Notes: generated from the letters alone by a model not told the origin. Numbered from the stretch's first letter, positions 45,099-53,487 are shown. The stretch is 54,420 bases of DNA from a virus (IMGVR_UViG_3300030085_003649:1-54420), one strand, 5' to 3'. Numbers and translations are program-made.

Positions 45099-45740
45099 TC
45101 AGATCCACTCCATCGCTTCAGCGACGGCAGGGAACTGTTCACAGAAGACTTCCTTAGCAGACAGTGCAATGTCCATGTGTTCCTTCTGAGTACCGTTGGC
45201 AGACCGCAGATCGATATAATGGATCCATGATCTTACAGAACCGGTCATGTAAATTTTAGTTGGCGTGGCCAATGGCAGTACAAAACGAGCACATTCCTTT
45301 GCAATCGATGCATCAAGCATCTCTTTGTAGAGTTTCATTCCCTCATCAAAGTGTTTCTTCATTTTGATCTGAAACTCTTGACGGACAAACGGGTCAATAT
45401 CATCAATAGAGTTCTGACGATTCTTGGTGTCTTGACGCCGTAGTTCAGGTAGAGGGATCTCCTCCGCGAGTAGGGAAGAATCAGCATAACGTTGTGAAAA
45501 TTCTTGATATGTAAATGAGCGATGGCGGAGCACTTGAGCCGCTATACCCCTGGTAGTATTCAACTCCAAGGTCATGTATGCCTGTTCAAAGATACTCCAG
45601 TGCTGATGTTTCACACAATACCTCAACAGACCAGAGAACTTTTCGTTTTCCTGGTTGTTAGGATTACTTACACGGGCACAGTAGGCCATGTGTTTCTCAG
45701 CATCAGGAGTGACACTAATTAATTTTACCGAATTACTCAT
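45099..45740 (-). CDS. thyX: FAD-dependent thymidylate synthase ThyX
   Basis: AYCARVS, H.SIFE, QVLRHRSFTYQEFSQRY (RHRx7S) and ARFVLP motifs. Start is 45740 or 45746. Confidence 0.95.
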   Translation of the reverse strand: MSNSVKLISVTPDAEKHMAYCARVSNPNNQENEKFSGLLRYCVKHQHWSIFEQAYMTLELNTTRGIAAQVLRHRSFTYQEFSQRYADSSLLAEEIPLPELRRQDTKNRQNSIDDIDPFVRQEFQIKMKKHFDEGMKLYKEMLDASIAKECARFVLPLATPTKIYMTGSVRSWIHYIDLRSANGTQKEHMDIALSAKEVFCEQFPAVAEAMEWI

Positions 45741-45963
45741 TTGCATAGTATGCTTGATAATATTTGACGATTCCGTTTGTGTTTACATTACCCTGTGAAA
45801 CCCAATCATGAACACAGCTGTAAATACTTTCGTTTGAATACTTTGGAGAACTATCTTCATTGAGTTCTGATCCAAACCTTTTGAGGAGGACTGACAAAGC
45901 AGACTGTCTCAGTTTCATCTTCTGATCACTATATCGCCAGTCAGTCGGGGTATCCATCATCAT
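45733..45963 (-). CDS. conserved hypothetical protein (MDTPTDWRYSD...)
   Basis: The ORF track gives 45733..46032. GGAG SD lies before the ATGATGATG at 45963. Confidence 0.65.
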   Translation of the reverse strand: MMMDTPTDWRYSDQKMKLRQSALSVLLKRFGSELNEDSSPKYSNESIYSCVHDWVSQGNVNTNGIVKYYQAYYANE

Positions 45964-46111
45964 CTCCTTCAGTGAAGACTTCATCATAATTACTGTCAGG
46001 TGTGTAAACAGGTTGTGAATATGCTTCAACATCTGAATACACTTCAGACTTGAGACATTCTACCAAAGACTCCATGTTTCTGATGATCAGCTTGAGCTTT
46101 TCTTTGTCCAT
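45941..46111 (-). CDS. conserved small acidic protein (MDKEKLKLIIRNMESLV..LKSEVYSD)
   Basis: GGAGG SD before ATG 46111, downstream of a consensus promoter. Confidence 0.7.
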   Translation of the reverse strand: MDKEKLKLIIRNMESLVECLKSEVYSDVEAYSQPVYTPDSNYDEVFTEGDDDGYPD

Positions 46112-46134
46112 TCTTTTGTACCTCCACAAAGGTA

Positions 46135-46163
46135 ATTATATACAAAAAAAGAGGGTCTGTCAA
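46135..46163 (-). promoter_or_regulatory. perfect sigma70 promoter TTGACA-N17-TATAAT
   Basis: Exact consensus. The -35 box lies in the loop of a terminator hairpin. Confidence 0.85.
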
Positions 46164-46170
46164 GACCCTC
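46144..46170 (-). terminator. intrinsic terminator GAGGGTC-ttgaca-GACCCTC-T7
   Basis: 7-bp stem plus U7 tract, downstream of the DUF4278 gene. Confidence 0.8.
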
Positions 46171-46190
46171 AGAAAAGTAAGTTTGTGTGA

Positions 46191-46358
46191 TCACTTAGTG
46201 TAAGTCTTACCGCGATAGCAGAATGTGCCATGGGTTTCCTTACTCTGTACACAACGAGTATCATACTCAACGCCACGATATGCGGTGTGAGAGATCTGAG
46301 CGTCGTGAAGTGCAGCAGCTTTGTTAATCTGCTTTTTGATTAGATTAAGTGTGTTCAT
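46191..46358 (-). CDS. DUF4278-like small protein (55 aa)
   Basis: Translated by hand: MNTLNLIKKQINKAAALHDAQISHTAYRGVEY...FCYRGKTYTK, with twin YRG motifs. AGGAG SD. Confidence 0.8.
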   Translation of the reverse strand: MNTLNLIKKQINKAAALHDAQISHTAYRGVEYDTRCVQSKETHGTFCYRGKTYTK

Positions 46359-46392
46359 AATTTTACTCCTGAAATACTAGGGATTTACGCCC

Positions 46393-46621
46393 CGTTCCTT
46401 CAGTCGTTTGCGTCCCAATAATAATCACATTCTGGTACAGTTTCCTTTACGGTCTCTACCAGTTCTAAAACCACTTTTGAAGATAGGTCTGATTTGTTTG
46501 CTCTGATCTTGAAGATCAAAGCATCCGCATCAGCACACATCATACTAGAGGATAGAAGAAATTCAAACATGGGATGAACGCTCCGTTCCGCGACTTACTT
46601 GCGTCCCATAAGGGATGAACG
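46393..46621 (-). ncRNA. tandem glutamine (glnA-motif) riboswitch-like RNA; aptamer 1 46584-46621, aptamer 2 46393-46580 with a large insert
   Basis: Two copies of CGUUCAUCCC...GGGACGCAA...GGAACG, giving P1 CGUUC/GAACG and P2 UCCC/GGGA. AGUA and GAA E-loop strands are present. Upstream of DUF4278, the usual context for this motif. Confidence 0.75.
46400..46570 (-). CDS. 56-aa ORF nested in riboswitch aptamer 2 (MFEFLLSSSMMC...PECDYYWDAND)
   Basis: Translated by hand. GGAG SD in the inter-aptamer linker. The last codons are the aptamer's 3' strand. Confidence 0.65.
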   Translation of the reverse strand: MFEFLLSSSMMCADADALIFKIRANKSDLSSKVVLELVETVKETVPECDYYWDAND

Positions 46622-46629
46622 ACAGGTCT

Positions 46630-46658
46630 ATTATAGACCTCATGCAGTATTTATGCAA
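46630..46658 (-). promoter_or_regulatory. sigma70 promoter TTGCAT-N17-TATAAT with an embedded late ATAAATA; -10 box lies inside an AGGTCTA-N3-TAGACCT inverted repeat
   Basis: The predicted start site falls at the 5' end of aptamer 1. Confidence 0.7.
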
Positions 46659-46676
46659 GTTCTAGTGTATCGCATG

Positions 46677-46916
46677 TTACAAAAACATACCTTTCTGACT
46701 CATGTAGTTCATGGTTTCTTTCAAGGTGCCCCTGAACATGCCAATAGAGATCATAGGATACTCTACTTCATCACCAAACTCGTCAATGAATTGTTTATTA
46801 GTGAAATGTTTATCAAGTTCATACACAACCACTTCGTCGAGATGAACCGACTTCAATAAAGAAGACGCTCTCTCACACTCTTGACTACCGTTAGAATAAA
46901 TTGATACCTGTGTCAT
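46677..46916 (-). CDS. glutaredoxin-like protein (single Cys)
   Basis: IYSNGSQECERA..LL, F..EFG...EYP.I.IG..RG.LKET motifs. Confidence 0.7.
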   Translation of the reverse strand: MTQVSIYSNGSQECERASSLLKSVHLDEVVVYELDKHFTNKQFIDEFGDEVEYPMISIGMFRGTLKETMNYMSQKGMFL

Positions 46917-47053
46917 TATTCCTCCTTGTATACGATTGATATTTTTCTTTTTTCTACACCTTTATGATCAACTAAAAGAGAACGCTGAACCTCCGCATTC
47001 AAAAGTTCAGCGATCTTTTCCACTAAGTTATTTGCAATATTCAGTTTAGTCAC
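46916..47053 (-). CDS. small hypothetical protein (45 aa, GTG start)
   Basis: Translated by hand: MTKLNIANNLVEKIAELLNAEV...IVYKEE. Fills the gap and overlaps both neighbours. Confidence 0.5.
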   Translation of the reverse strand: MTKLNIANNLVEKIAELLNAEVQRSLLVDHKGVEKRKISIVYKEE

Positions 47054-47360
47054 GTTGTCGCCAGTCATCAGGTTTATCGCGTTGGAACCAGTCTACAATT
47101 TCATCAGCACCATCAAACCCCGTCTTATGGTTGGATGGGTCGGGGTCTCCTAGTCCCATCCTATTCATAAAATCATCTATACTGCCTTCTTGGATGTCTT
47201 GAGAGGCTTGTCGTCTTGCTTTACGCAACCATTCACGGGCAGTAGTGTTTGCTTTGGACAATTTTTCTGCCCAAATCATATCATCTAACTGTACCTCCTC
47301 TTTGTTTGCGATCTTTTTGCAGATGAACTCCAGTCGGAGTCGGTACTGGGTAGATAGCAT
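47046..47360 (-). CDS. conserved cyanophage hypothetical protein (MLSTQYRLRLEFICK...DDWRQRD)
   Basis: ORF track, 104 aa. Confidence 0.8.
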   Translation of the reverse strand: MLSTQYRLRLEFICKKIANKEEVQLDDMIWAEKLSKANTTAREWLRKARRQASQDIQEGSIDDFMNRMGLGDPDPSNHKTGFDGADEIVDWFQRDKPDDWRQRD

Positions 47361-47361
47361 T

Positions 47362-47559
47362 TTACTTCTCTAAGAATTTGGATTCTAAGTCTGAAACTCT
47401 GTGGTACTCACCGAGTGAGGCATTCATGCGTTCACTGAGAATACTCATGATGTCTCTATAAATCAGATCGACCTCAACATAGTCGTCAAAGTATTGACCT
47501 AATGCTTCGGACAGATACCTTTTACGGTGCCACTCTTGTGAGTATGGTTTGTAGTCCAT
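47362..47559 (-). CDS. conserved hypothetical protein (MDYKPYSQEWHRKR...)
   Basis: ORF track. CTAAATA at 47578-47584. Confidence 0.7.
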   Translation of the reverse strand: MDYKPYSQEWHRKRYLSEALGQYFDDYVEVDLIYRDIMSILSERMNASLGEYHRVSDLESKFLEK

Positions 47560-47580
47560 GATAAAAATGATTCGTAGTAT

Positions 47581-47763
47581 TTAGTCATCAGATAGTAGTT
47601 TATCGATGTATGTTTCTTCTCCATCAATTTGATGTAGAGCAAACAAATTAGACCTCTGATACTTTTTAATTTTTTTATATCTCTTCATGAGTTTGTCGAG
47701 TTCATCCAAATTAATTTTGGCGTTAACACTCTTCTTACTGGAAGAATCAAATCCTTCAGTCAT
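47581..47763 (-). CDS. hypothetical protein
   Basis: ORF track, 60 aa, ATGA coupling. Confidence 0.65.
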   Translation of the reverse strand: MTEGFDSSSKKSVNAKINLDELDKLMKRYKKIKKYQRSNLFALHQIDGEETYIDKLLSDD

Positions 47764-48053
47764 CGTTCTTTCTTTTTCTTGTTATCTGGGGCAACGTAGT
47801 CCCATGTCTTGGGATTTCTGGTGCCTTCTGTTTGTTTGAATGTCATGAAATCATATCTGTAATGATCCCAATAGTGATCAAAGAGATCAACCTGTTTGTT
47901 TGCCATAGCGATGTCATAACAAACTCGACCATCCAACTTGTATGTTACTAAAAATGCTGAGGTAGGGAGACCCTTGTCCTCAGCGAGTTGTGGATCGCAA
48001 TCCTCATGAATAATTGCGATCTTTCCTTTTTTAATCAAGAACGACCTCCCCAT
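47760..48053 (-). CDS. conserved hypothetical protein (...IIHEDCDP...VDLFDHYWD...TEG.RNPK.W)
   Basis: The ORF track gives 47760..48134. The start is probably internal and is uncertain. Confidence 0.65.
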   Translation of the reverse strand: MGRSFLIKKGKIAIIHEDCDPQLAEDKGLPTSAFLVTYKLDGRVCYDIAMANKQVDLFDHYWDHYRYDFMTFKQTEGTRNPKTWDYVAPDNKKKKER

Positions 48054-48502
48054 TGAATGTCCGGAAACGCAGTCTCCACAACTGAACGAGTCAGTTTGTA
48101 CTTCTCCTGAAGTTTCTTGTCCTTCACAAGACAAAGAATTTCTGCTTCATCCGGATGAAGAGTCTCCAGGATCTGAACAAACATAGTCTCTCTTCGGATG
48201 TTGTTAAGACCATCATTACCACCTTTCACAAAGTTGTAAAGATGTTTAAATTCTCTTCGGAGAGACGTGTGTTCTGTTCCTGCAGGGGCATCATTCTCCT
48301 TGTAGGGAGGAGTGCCTTCAGGAAGGATAGAGAGAACCGTGTCATCAAAGTTCCAGATAAGGATTGACACCAGAGCATCATTACGATACTCCTTTAGAAC
48401 CTCAACCTTTTTTGCATTACTGCGTGCTTTAGAAACTCTTTCCAGAATCTCAGATTGAAACGCATTTGTGGGCAGTTTAGCTTGTTTAGTCTTCGTCGTC
48501 AT
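48035..48502 (-). CDS. conserved T4-like hypothetical protein (LIWNFD...LPEG..PY...RRE.MF.Q.LE.LHP.EAE.L)
   Basis: The ORF track gives 48035..48568. Start moved to MTTKTK. Confidence 0.75.
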   Translation of the reverse strand: MTTKTKQAKLPTNAFQSEILERVSKARSNAKKVEVLKEYRNDALVSILIWNFDDTVLSILPEGTPPYKENDAPAGTEHTSLRREFKHLYNFVKGGNDGLNNIRRETMFVQILETLHPDEAEILCLVKDKKLQEKYKLTRSVVETAFPDIQWGGRS

Positions 48503-48713
48503 GTTCTTCAAAATCGTTTTCAAATCTAACAGCAAGAATCTCATCTGGGAGAACATTGCCGTTCGCATCTAGAAATTCTGGATGCAGTTGTTGTTGGATG
48601 TTACTGTACTCCAACGCCATCAGTTGTTCTTTTACAATCCAACCAATAATAACACCTACCATCAACGCAAGGAAGCAAAGGATACCACTAAAGGTAAGGG
48701 TTGCTGCTAACAT
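48486..48713 (-). CDS. small membrane protein (…LHPEFLDANGNVLPDEILAVRFEN)
   Basis: N-terminal TM helix and AGGAG SD. Confidence 0.75.
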   Translation of the reverse strand: MLAATLTFSGILCFLALMVGVIIGWIVKEQLMALEYSNIQQQLHPEFLDANGNVLPDEILAVRFENDFEEHDDED

Positions 48714-48731
48714 GGTGCTACTCCTATAATA

Positions 48732-48899
48732 CTATTGGATTTTTCTCTTTATGTCAATAGAAAATCCAAATTTTACCGTTACATGCCTACGAAAGGCTGC
48801 AATTGACCTATCAAAACCCACTTGAAATGTTGGTTTTGGTTCTGGTTTCCTCCTTCTTAATAAAAGTTCAACACCTTTATTTATTTCAAGATCAGACAA
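48732..48899 (-). CDS. small basic hypothetical protein (55 aa, TTG start; ...NKGVELLLRRRK...)
   Basis: Translated by hand. Fills the gap between glutaredoxin and the membrane protein. Confidence 0.5.
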   Translation of the reverse strand: MSDLEINKGVELLLRRRKPEPKPTFQVGFDRSIAAFRRHVTVKFGFSIDIKRKIQ

Positions 48900-49128
48900 G
48901 TTTTTTCTCCCTCAAAAACTTAATTGTTTCGGTGCAACCACCAATATTGCCGGTCTCACACACAACTTGTGGGAAGGTAGAACCGTTACCAAATTTTTGA
49001 TAGAACTCGGATCGGGTGTAGTCACGATCCAATTTGTAAATTACATGTTTGCACTCGGCGAGTTGCAAGACCTGTGCAATCTTGGTGCAGTAAGGACAAC
49101 CATCCTTAGAATAAACGATAAATGTCAT
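48892..49128 (-). CDS. glutaredoxin (NrdC-like)
   Basis: YSKDGCPYC, TFPQV and IGGC motifs. Confidence 0.9.
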   Translation of the reverse strand: MTFIVYSKDGCPYCTKIAQVLQLAECKHVIYKLDRDYTRSEFYQKFGNGSTFPQVVCETGNIGGCTETIKFLREKKLV

Positions 49129-49706
49129 ACAACGTAGATGAATGAAGTGGCAGCGTATTTGGGACTAGTGATAGGGATGTTTCCCTTGTGTTCGTACATA
49201 TAATTGCAGGGGAACATAAGAGATCGGCCTTTCTTTGGTTTTACCTTCACGTCCAGGAAGGGAAACTCAGTCTCTCCTCCAGATTCTACATCATTTAGAT
49301 ATAAAATCCAAGCGAAAATACGAGATCCGATTTCAGGTTCGCCCTGTGACAAAGAGTTGTCAACATGTTGTTTGAAGAATCCCACCCCTTGTTCATAGAC
49401 ACGAAGAGAATAATCTTTTGATTCTAATTGAACAGCATTTGGAAGTATGGGACACTTCTCAAAGTAATTGACCAGATCTTTGGAGATGAGTTCATACATC
49501 GTGGCATCAGGAGGACATCCACATGGTAGTTTTAGTTGTTTACACTTTTTCTGAGACGGATCTGGGACATTATCTCCATACTTTACAACCATATCATGTT
49601 GCATGTCCTCTGGATTATTGATAAACCATTTAACCAATTGATCACAGTCATCCGCAGTGGCAGACTCATCATTAATAATAATCAAATCTTGTAAATTGGT
49701 CATCAA
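49125..49706 (-). CDS. 2OG-Fe(II) oxygenase
   Basis: HVD, ILYLNDVESGGETEFP and FPCNYMYEH.G.....KY motifs. Confidence 0.87.
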   Translation of the reverse strand: MMTNLQDLIIINDESATADDCDQLVKWFINNPEDMQHDMVVKYGDNVPDPSQKKCKQLKLPCGCPPDATMYELISKDLVNYFEKCPILPNAVQLESKDYSLRVYEQGVGFFKQHVDNSLSQGEPEIGSRIFAWILYLNDVESGGETEFPFLDVKVKPKKGRSLMFPCNYMYEHKGNIPITSPKYAATSFIYVV

Positions 49707-50077
49707 TCTCCCGGAATAATTCTGTGGCTGTCTTCATCAAAGTGTTCTGTACTGAATTCAAATAATTCAGTGTCTTCTAAAGCATACATCCTATGTTTTA
49801 GTCTAGTTGGTACATGAAATTTATCACCCCTCTCTAAGATCAATGTCTTCGCCAACTCAATGTCATCGTCCCAACCATAATAAAGTTTGACAGCACCAGA
49901 TTGAATGAAGAATACTTCATCCTTCTGTCTATGGTAGTGCCATGAACACTGTTTCCCCTTTGCAATAAACAAAAGTTTACCACAGTATTTTTCAGAGTTG
50001 GCAATCCACTTCTCAAATCCCCATCCCTTTGGAACAAACTTGATTGGATCAGCTGCTCGTGGTGTCGAAGAAATCAT
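49703..50077 (-). CDS. cupin-fold sugar isomerase-like protein
   Basis: VPKGWG.E.W, YCGKLL, SWHYH..KDE.F, H.M.ALED..LFEFST.H..EDS motifs. Confidence 0.75.
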   Translation of the reverse strand: MISSTPRAADPIKFVPKGWGFEKWIANSEKYCGKLLFIAKGKQCSWHYHRQKDEVFFIQSGAVKLYYGWDDDIELAKTLILERGDKFHVPTRLKHRMYALEDTELFEFSTEHFDEDSHRIIPGD

Positions 50078-50390
50078 TGTCGTTGATACCTTTATCGTCG
50101 ATGTAATAATCTCCAGCAGGTTTTCCTAGAAACAATTGATGATACTTACATCCCCACAAACTTAATTGTATCTCAGTAAATTCATAGAATTCTTTCGTTG
50201 CCAGGTCAACAATATTATTATATCGACCCATCCCTCTGGCAGTGAGATATACGATGATATGTCCCTCATCGTATAGTTTATTTATTTTGTCAATCCTACT
50301 CTGGATTGGCATCGCTTGTTCGTATCGCATCTCCTCTGTTGGTCCGGGAGTGCAGATCGTTCCATCAATGTCAACAACGTACCTGGCCAA
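50049..50390 (-). CDS. HAD-superfamily phosphatase (paralog of 2171-2527)
   Basis: DIDGTIC, TARGMG and GKP.GDYYIDDK motifs. Confidence 0.8.
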   Translation of the reverse strand: MARYVVDIDGTICTPGPTEEMRYEQAMPIQSRIDKINKLYDEGHIIVYLTARGMGRYNNIVDLATKEFYEFTEIQLSLWGCKYHQLFLGKPAGDYYIDDKGINDNDFFDTTSS

Positions 50391-51165
50391 TGTCCTCCTC
50401 CTTTAGTATGTAAGACCCCATGCGTTTCACAGACTGTGTAGCCAATTCAACACATGCAGGTATGGTTCGGTAAAAATCTTTTGTGTTGAGATAATAATAA
50501 CATAGACAGGCAAGAAAAACATCACCAGCTCCCGTCACGTCCCACACATCAACTGGAGGAGCACGGAATATTTTTTCTTTATAGATCGCACCTTTCTTTC
50601 CATGAGTGACAATCAATTCATTAGTGTCACTCCAATTCGCATTCTCCCATTCATATTGATTGATCTTCAGAATGGCATTTGGAAACACCGTCAGATCTTT
50701 TCTCTTACTATCAACAAAAATGGGACCATCAAATGTCTCACAAATATTTCTTATATTCTCTTCCGAAATTAAACCTTTATTATAATCAGAAATTACAATG
50801 GCATCATACTCTTTATCTAAAGTAATCTCTTTTGACTCTACAAAGTATCCAACATCTTGTCTAAGGATCTGTTGATTTGATTTGCTATCAATAAACCTTG
50901 TCTTGACTAATTCCTTTGCGTCATTGGTAATAAAATCACAGTCAATCCCAAAGGCTTTCAGATTCAAAAAAACATTATTAGCCATACCATGAATACATTC
51001 CTGATGAGTGTGTTGTAAAACAGGTACGGGAGCCTCTGGACTTATGCGATCACATGTTCCATACTCATATATGTCAGTGCATGTCTCACCGATAAGTAAG
51101 ACCTTGTATTGTTTTTGTGGTGGAGTAATCTCCGATTCTATCAAAAAACCGAACTTCTTTGGCAT
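50371..51165 (-). CDS. HldE/RfaE-type heptose-7-phosphate kinase domain (PfkB family)
   Basis: RISPEAPVPV, KTRF....QQILR.D, ISDYNKG and DVTGAGDVF motifs. Confidence 0.88.
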   Translation of the reverse strand: MPKKFGFLIESEITPPQKQYKVLLIGETCTDIYEYGTCDRISPEAPVPVLQHTHQECIHGMANNVFLNLKAFGIDCDFITNDAKELVKTRFIDSKSNQQILRQDVGYFVESKEITLDKEYDAIVISDYNKGLISEENIRNICETFDGPIFVDSKRKDLTVFPNAILKINQYEWENANWSDTNELIVTHGKKGAIYKEKIFRAPPVDVWDVTGAGDVFLACLCYYYLNTKDFYRTIPACVELATQSVKRMGSYILKEEDIGQVRC

Positions 51166-51481
51166 ACTGAGAACCTACAACGTCTTTTCCTTTCCAATCA
51201 GATCCAACAACTAATATATCCGGTCTATACGAATCAATTAAAGATTCTAATTCATATCTAGTATCAAAGGTGTGAACGTTGTCCACGCCCCTGATAGATT
51301 TCATTTGGTAAACTCTATCTTCCAGGGGGTAAATTGGCCTCATCATACCCTTATCCTGAGAAACTTTTCTATCGGAGTCCAGAGCAACTACTAAAGTATC
51401 CCCAAGAGAGGAGGCATACCTCAGTAGTTCAAAGTGACCCCGATGAAGGACATCAAAACACCCATTTACGAAGACTATCAT
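51086..51481 (-). CDS. HldE/RfaE-type adenylyltransferase domain (cytidylyltransferase family)
   Basis: NGCFDVLHRGH, VALDSD.....KG..RP, PD.LVVGSDW and YSTT motifs. Confidence 0.88.
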   Translation of the reverse strand: MIVFVNGCFDVLHRGHFELLRYASSLGDTLVVALDSDRKVSQDKGMMRPIYPLEDRVYQMKSIRGVDNVHTFDTRYELESLIDSYRPDILVVGSDWKGKDVVGSQYAKEVRFFDRIGDYSTTKTIQGLTYR

Positions 51482-52458
51482 ACAGACATCTTATCGTACC
51501 AGTAACGGAGAAGATCCATGAGTGTCGTTTCGATGTCATACTCTTCTTTAAATCCAGTCATCTCCACAAGGTTAGTAGAGTCTCCATGCTGATAATGAAT
51601 TTCATGTGGTCTCCAGAATGGTTCATGAATTTTCTGTTCAACATTAGTCAGACCAGATAGTTCAATGAGTTTATCCGTGAAGAACTGCATCTTTCGTGGA
51701 GTATCTCCACAAATATTGAAGACGTGATTAGTCACATCCGGATTGATCATTGCCAGATAATATGCGCGAACTGTGTCACGGACATCCATCACTACACGGG
51801 TAGTCTGAAGGTTACCAATCTTCAGAACAGGATCTTGCAGACCCTTCATCATCCTAGCAATTTGATAGGCGTCTGAAGAGATAGAGAAAATTCTACCTCG
51901 TCGGGGACCAGTGTGGGAGAAGGCGCGAGTGATGAATCCTTTAATGAATCCATTGTGCATCCTCTCCTGAAGGTACAGATCGGTAGCGGCCTTGGACGCC
52001 CCGTAGGGGTTAGCGGGAAATATTGTATCTTCCCAATGAATCTTCCTACCGTCCTGGCCGACGTTGCCATAGACCTCTGACGTGGAACAGAACATAAGTT
52101 TGCAATCTGGTTGATGATCTTGAATCACCTGGATCAGATTTGCACTACCGATAACGTTCGTTTCCATCGTCCCGATAGGGTCAATGAAACTAGTTGGAGG
52201 ATGAGACTGTGCAGCGAGATGAAACACGCCGTCAAATTCATTCTCTTCAAACACTTTCCTAAGAGACCTGTAATTACAAAGGTCAGCATAGAAGAATGTA
52301 ATAGATTCATATACTTCGTCAGGAATCACATCACGAATATCACTCTCCATACCATTGGTACGACGAATCAATCCATATACTTCATGTCCTTCTTTATGAA
52401 GTAGGTTCGCGAGGTGAGGACCGGCAAAACCAGTGATGCCAGTGATTAGGAATTTCAT
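51478..52458 (-). CDS. NDP-sugar 4,6-dehydratase/reductase (GMD/RMD-like extended SDR)
   Basis: LITGITGFAG, HLAAQSH...SF, STSEVYG, NPYGASK and R.FSHTGPRR motifs. Confidence 0.88.
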   Translation of the reverse strand: MKFLITGITGFAGPHLANLLHKEGHEVYGLIRRTNGMESDIRDVIPDEVYESITFFYADLCNYRSLRKVFEENEFDGVFHLAAQSHPPTSFIDPIGTMETNVIGSANLIQVIQDHQPDCKLMFCSTSEVYGNVGQDGRKIHWEDTIFPANPYGASKAATDLYLQERMHNGFIKGFITRAFSHTGPRRGRIFSISSDAYQIARMMKGLQDPVLKIGNLQTTRVVMDVRDTVRAYYLAMINPDVTNHVFNICGDTPRKMQFFTDKLIELSGLTNVEQKIHEPFWRPHEIHYQHGDSTNLVEMTGFKEEYDIETTLMDLLRYWYDKMSV

Positions 52459-53192
52459 ATTACTTGGTAATCAATATTATCGAATAAGAAGAGGTTTCCT
52501 CTGTTTACATGATGATTATACCATGCAGAGTCCATGATACAAATACTATTCAAATGTGGTGCATATTTTTTGATAGCAGAAGATAGATGACTCGCTCCAC
52601 TACTCAATGCAACCATACCAAAAGAGGATGCGATCAAGTCACAGTATTCAAAGATGCTGCTGATCTCAATGATTTCATCAACATCAACTCCATACTGATT
52701 GAACTTGCTAGAATTTAAACTCTTTGCAAAAGTCACTCCAGTAAATTTATTGTCTGGATATGACTGCTTGATACTATTAAATTTATCATACAAAGATTTG
52801 TGGTCATAATCAATACTGATTGATGACAGATCTACCAAAAAATTGTTCCGAAATCCAGAAACCTTAAATGGTTCGTAGTAAATTTTTGGAAACTTATTTT
52901 TTGGTTCAAGTCCATGTAACTGTTCCCAATTAGAAATGCATGTTCCAGCTACGTTTGAGTATTCAATTGTAGGAAGATCCCCTGCATTCCATTCACCATC
53001 CTTTACTCCATGGACATAGGGATTGGCTCCCCACACCAAATCATAGATTTCTTGGTTACGAAAAGTAGCACCTCCCCATACATATGTTTTTCTTCCTTTC
53101 TGTTTATAAAACTCTTCTGGGAGAGTGGAGAATTGAAGACTGTCTCCAAGTCCCCCATGAAAAGATGCTATGAAAACATCCGAATCACTCAT
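52455..53192 (-). CDS. putative GT9-like (heptosyltransferase-like) glycosyltransferase
   Basis: N-terminal GGLGDSLQFSTLP, NPYV, and C-terminal LI......SSGASHLSSA echo the GT9 GD and DSG..HLAAA motifs. Confidence 0.55.
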   Translation of the reverse strand: MSDSDVFIASFHGGLGDSLQFSTLPEEFYKQKGRKTYVWGGATFRNQEIYDLVWGANPYVHGVKDGEWNAGDLPTIEYSNVAGTCISNWEQLHGLEPKNKFPKIYYEPFKVSGFRNNFLVDLSSISIDYDHKSLYDKFNSIKQSYPDNKFTGVTFAKSLNSSKFNQYGVDVDEIIEISSIFEYCDLIASSFGMVALSSGASHLSSAIKKYAPHLNSICIMDSAWYNHHVNRGNLFLFDNIDYQVI

Positions 53193-53487
53193 GATGTGCT
53201 TTTAAATCTGGGTTTGGTTGAGATGGAACAGTGGGGTTGCGACCCCTATTTTTGATAACAATGAACGCATCCTTATTATATTTACGGGTTCCTTTAATTG
53301 GCGCCCACTTGGTTCCAGCACCATCAATCTCATAGACAGATGTGCCACCAATCTCTACGGCAACATCGTCACCATAATCCCATCCCAAAGCCTCCAATGC
53401 TAGGGCAAGTTGTCCCAACATTCCACCGGGATACATTACTCGATCTTCCATAACGTTTTCTTCTGGGTCAAGTGAACCATGCATCAT
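53185..53487 (-). CDS. conserved cyanophage hypothetical protein
   Basis: ORF track, 100 aa. Confidence 0.75.
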   Translation of the reverse strand: MMHGSLDPEENVMEDRVMYPGGMLGQLALALEALGWDYGDDVAVEIGGTSVYEIDGAGTKWAPIKGTRKYNKDAFIVIKNRGRNPTVPSQPNPDLKAHHE

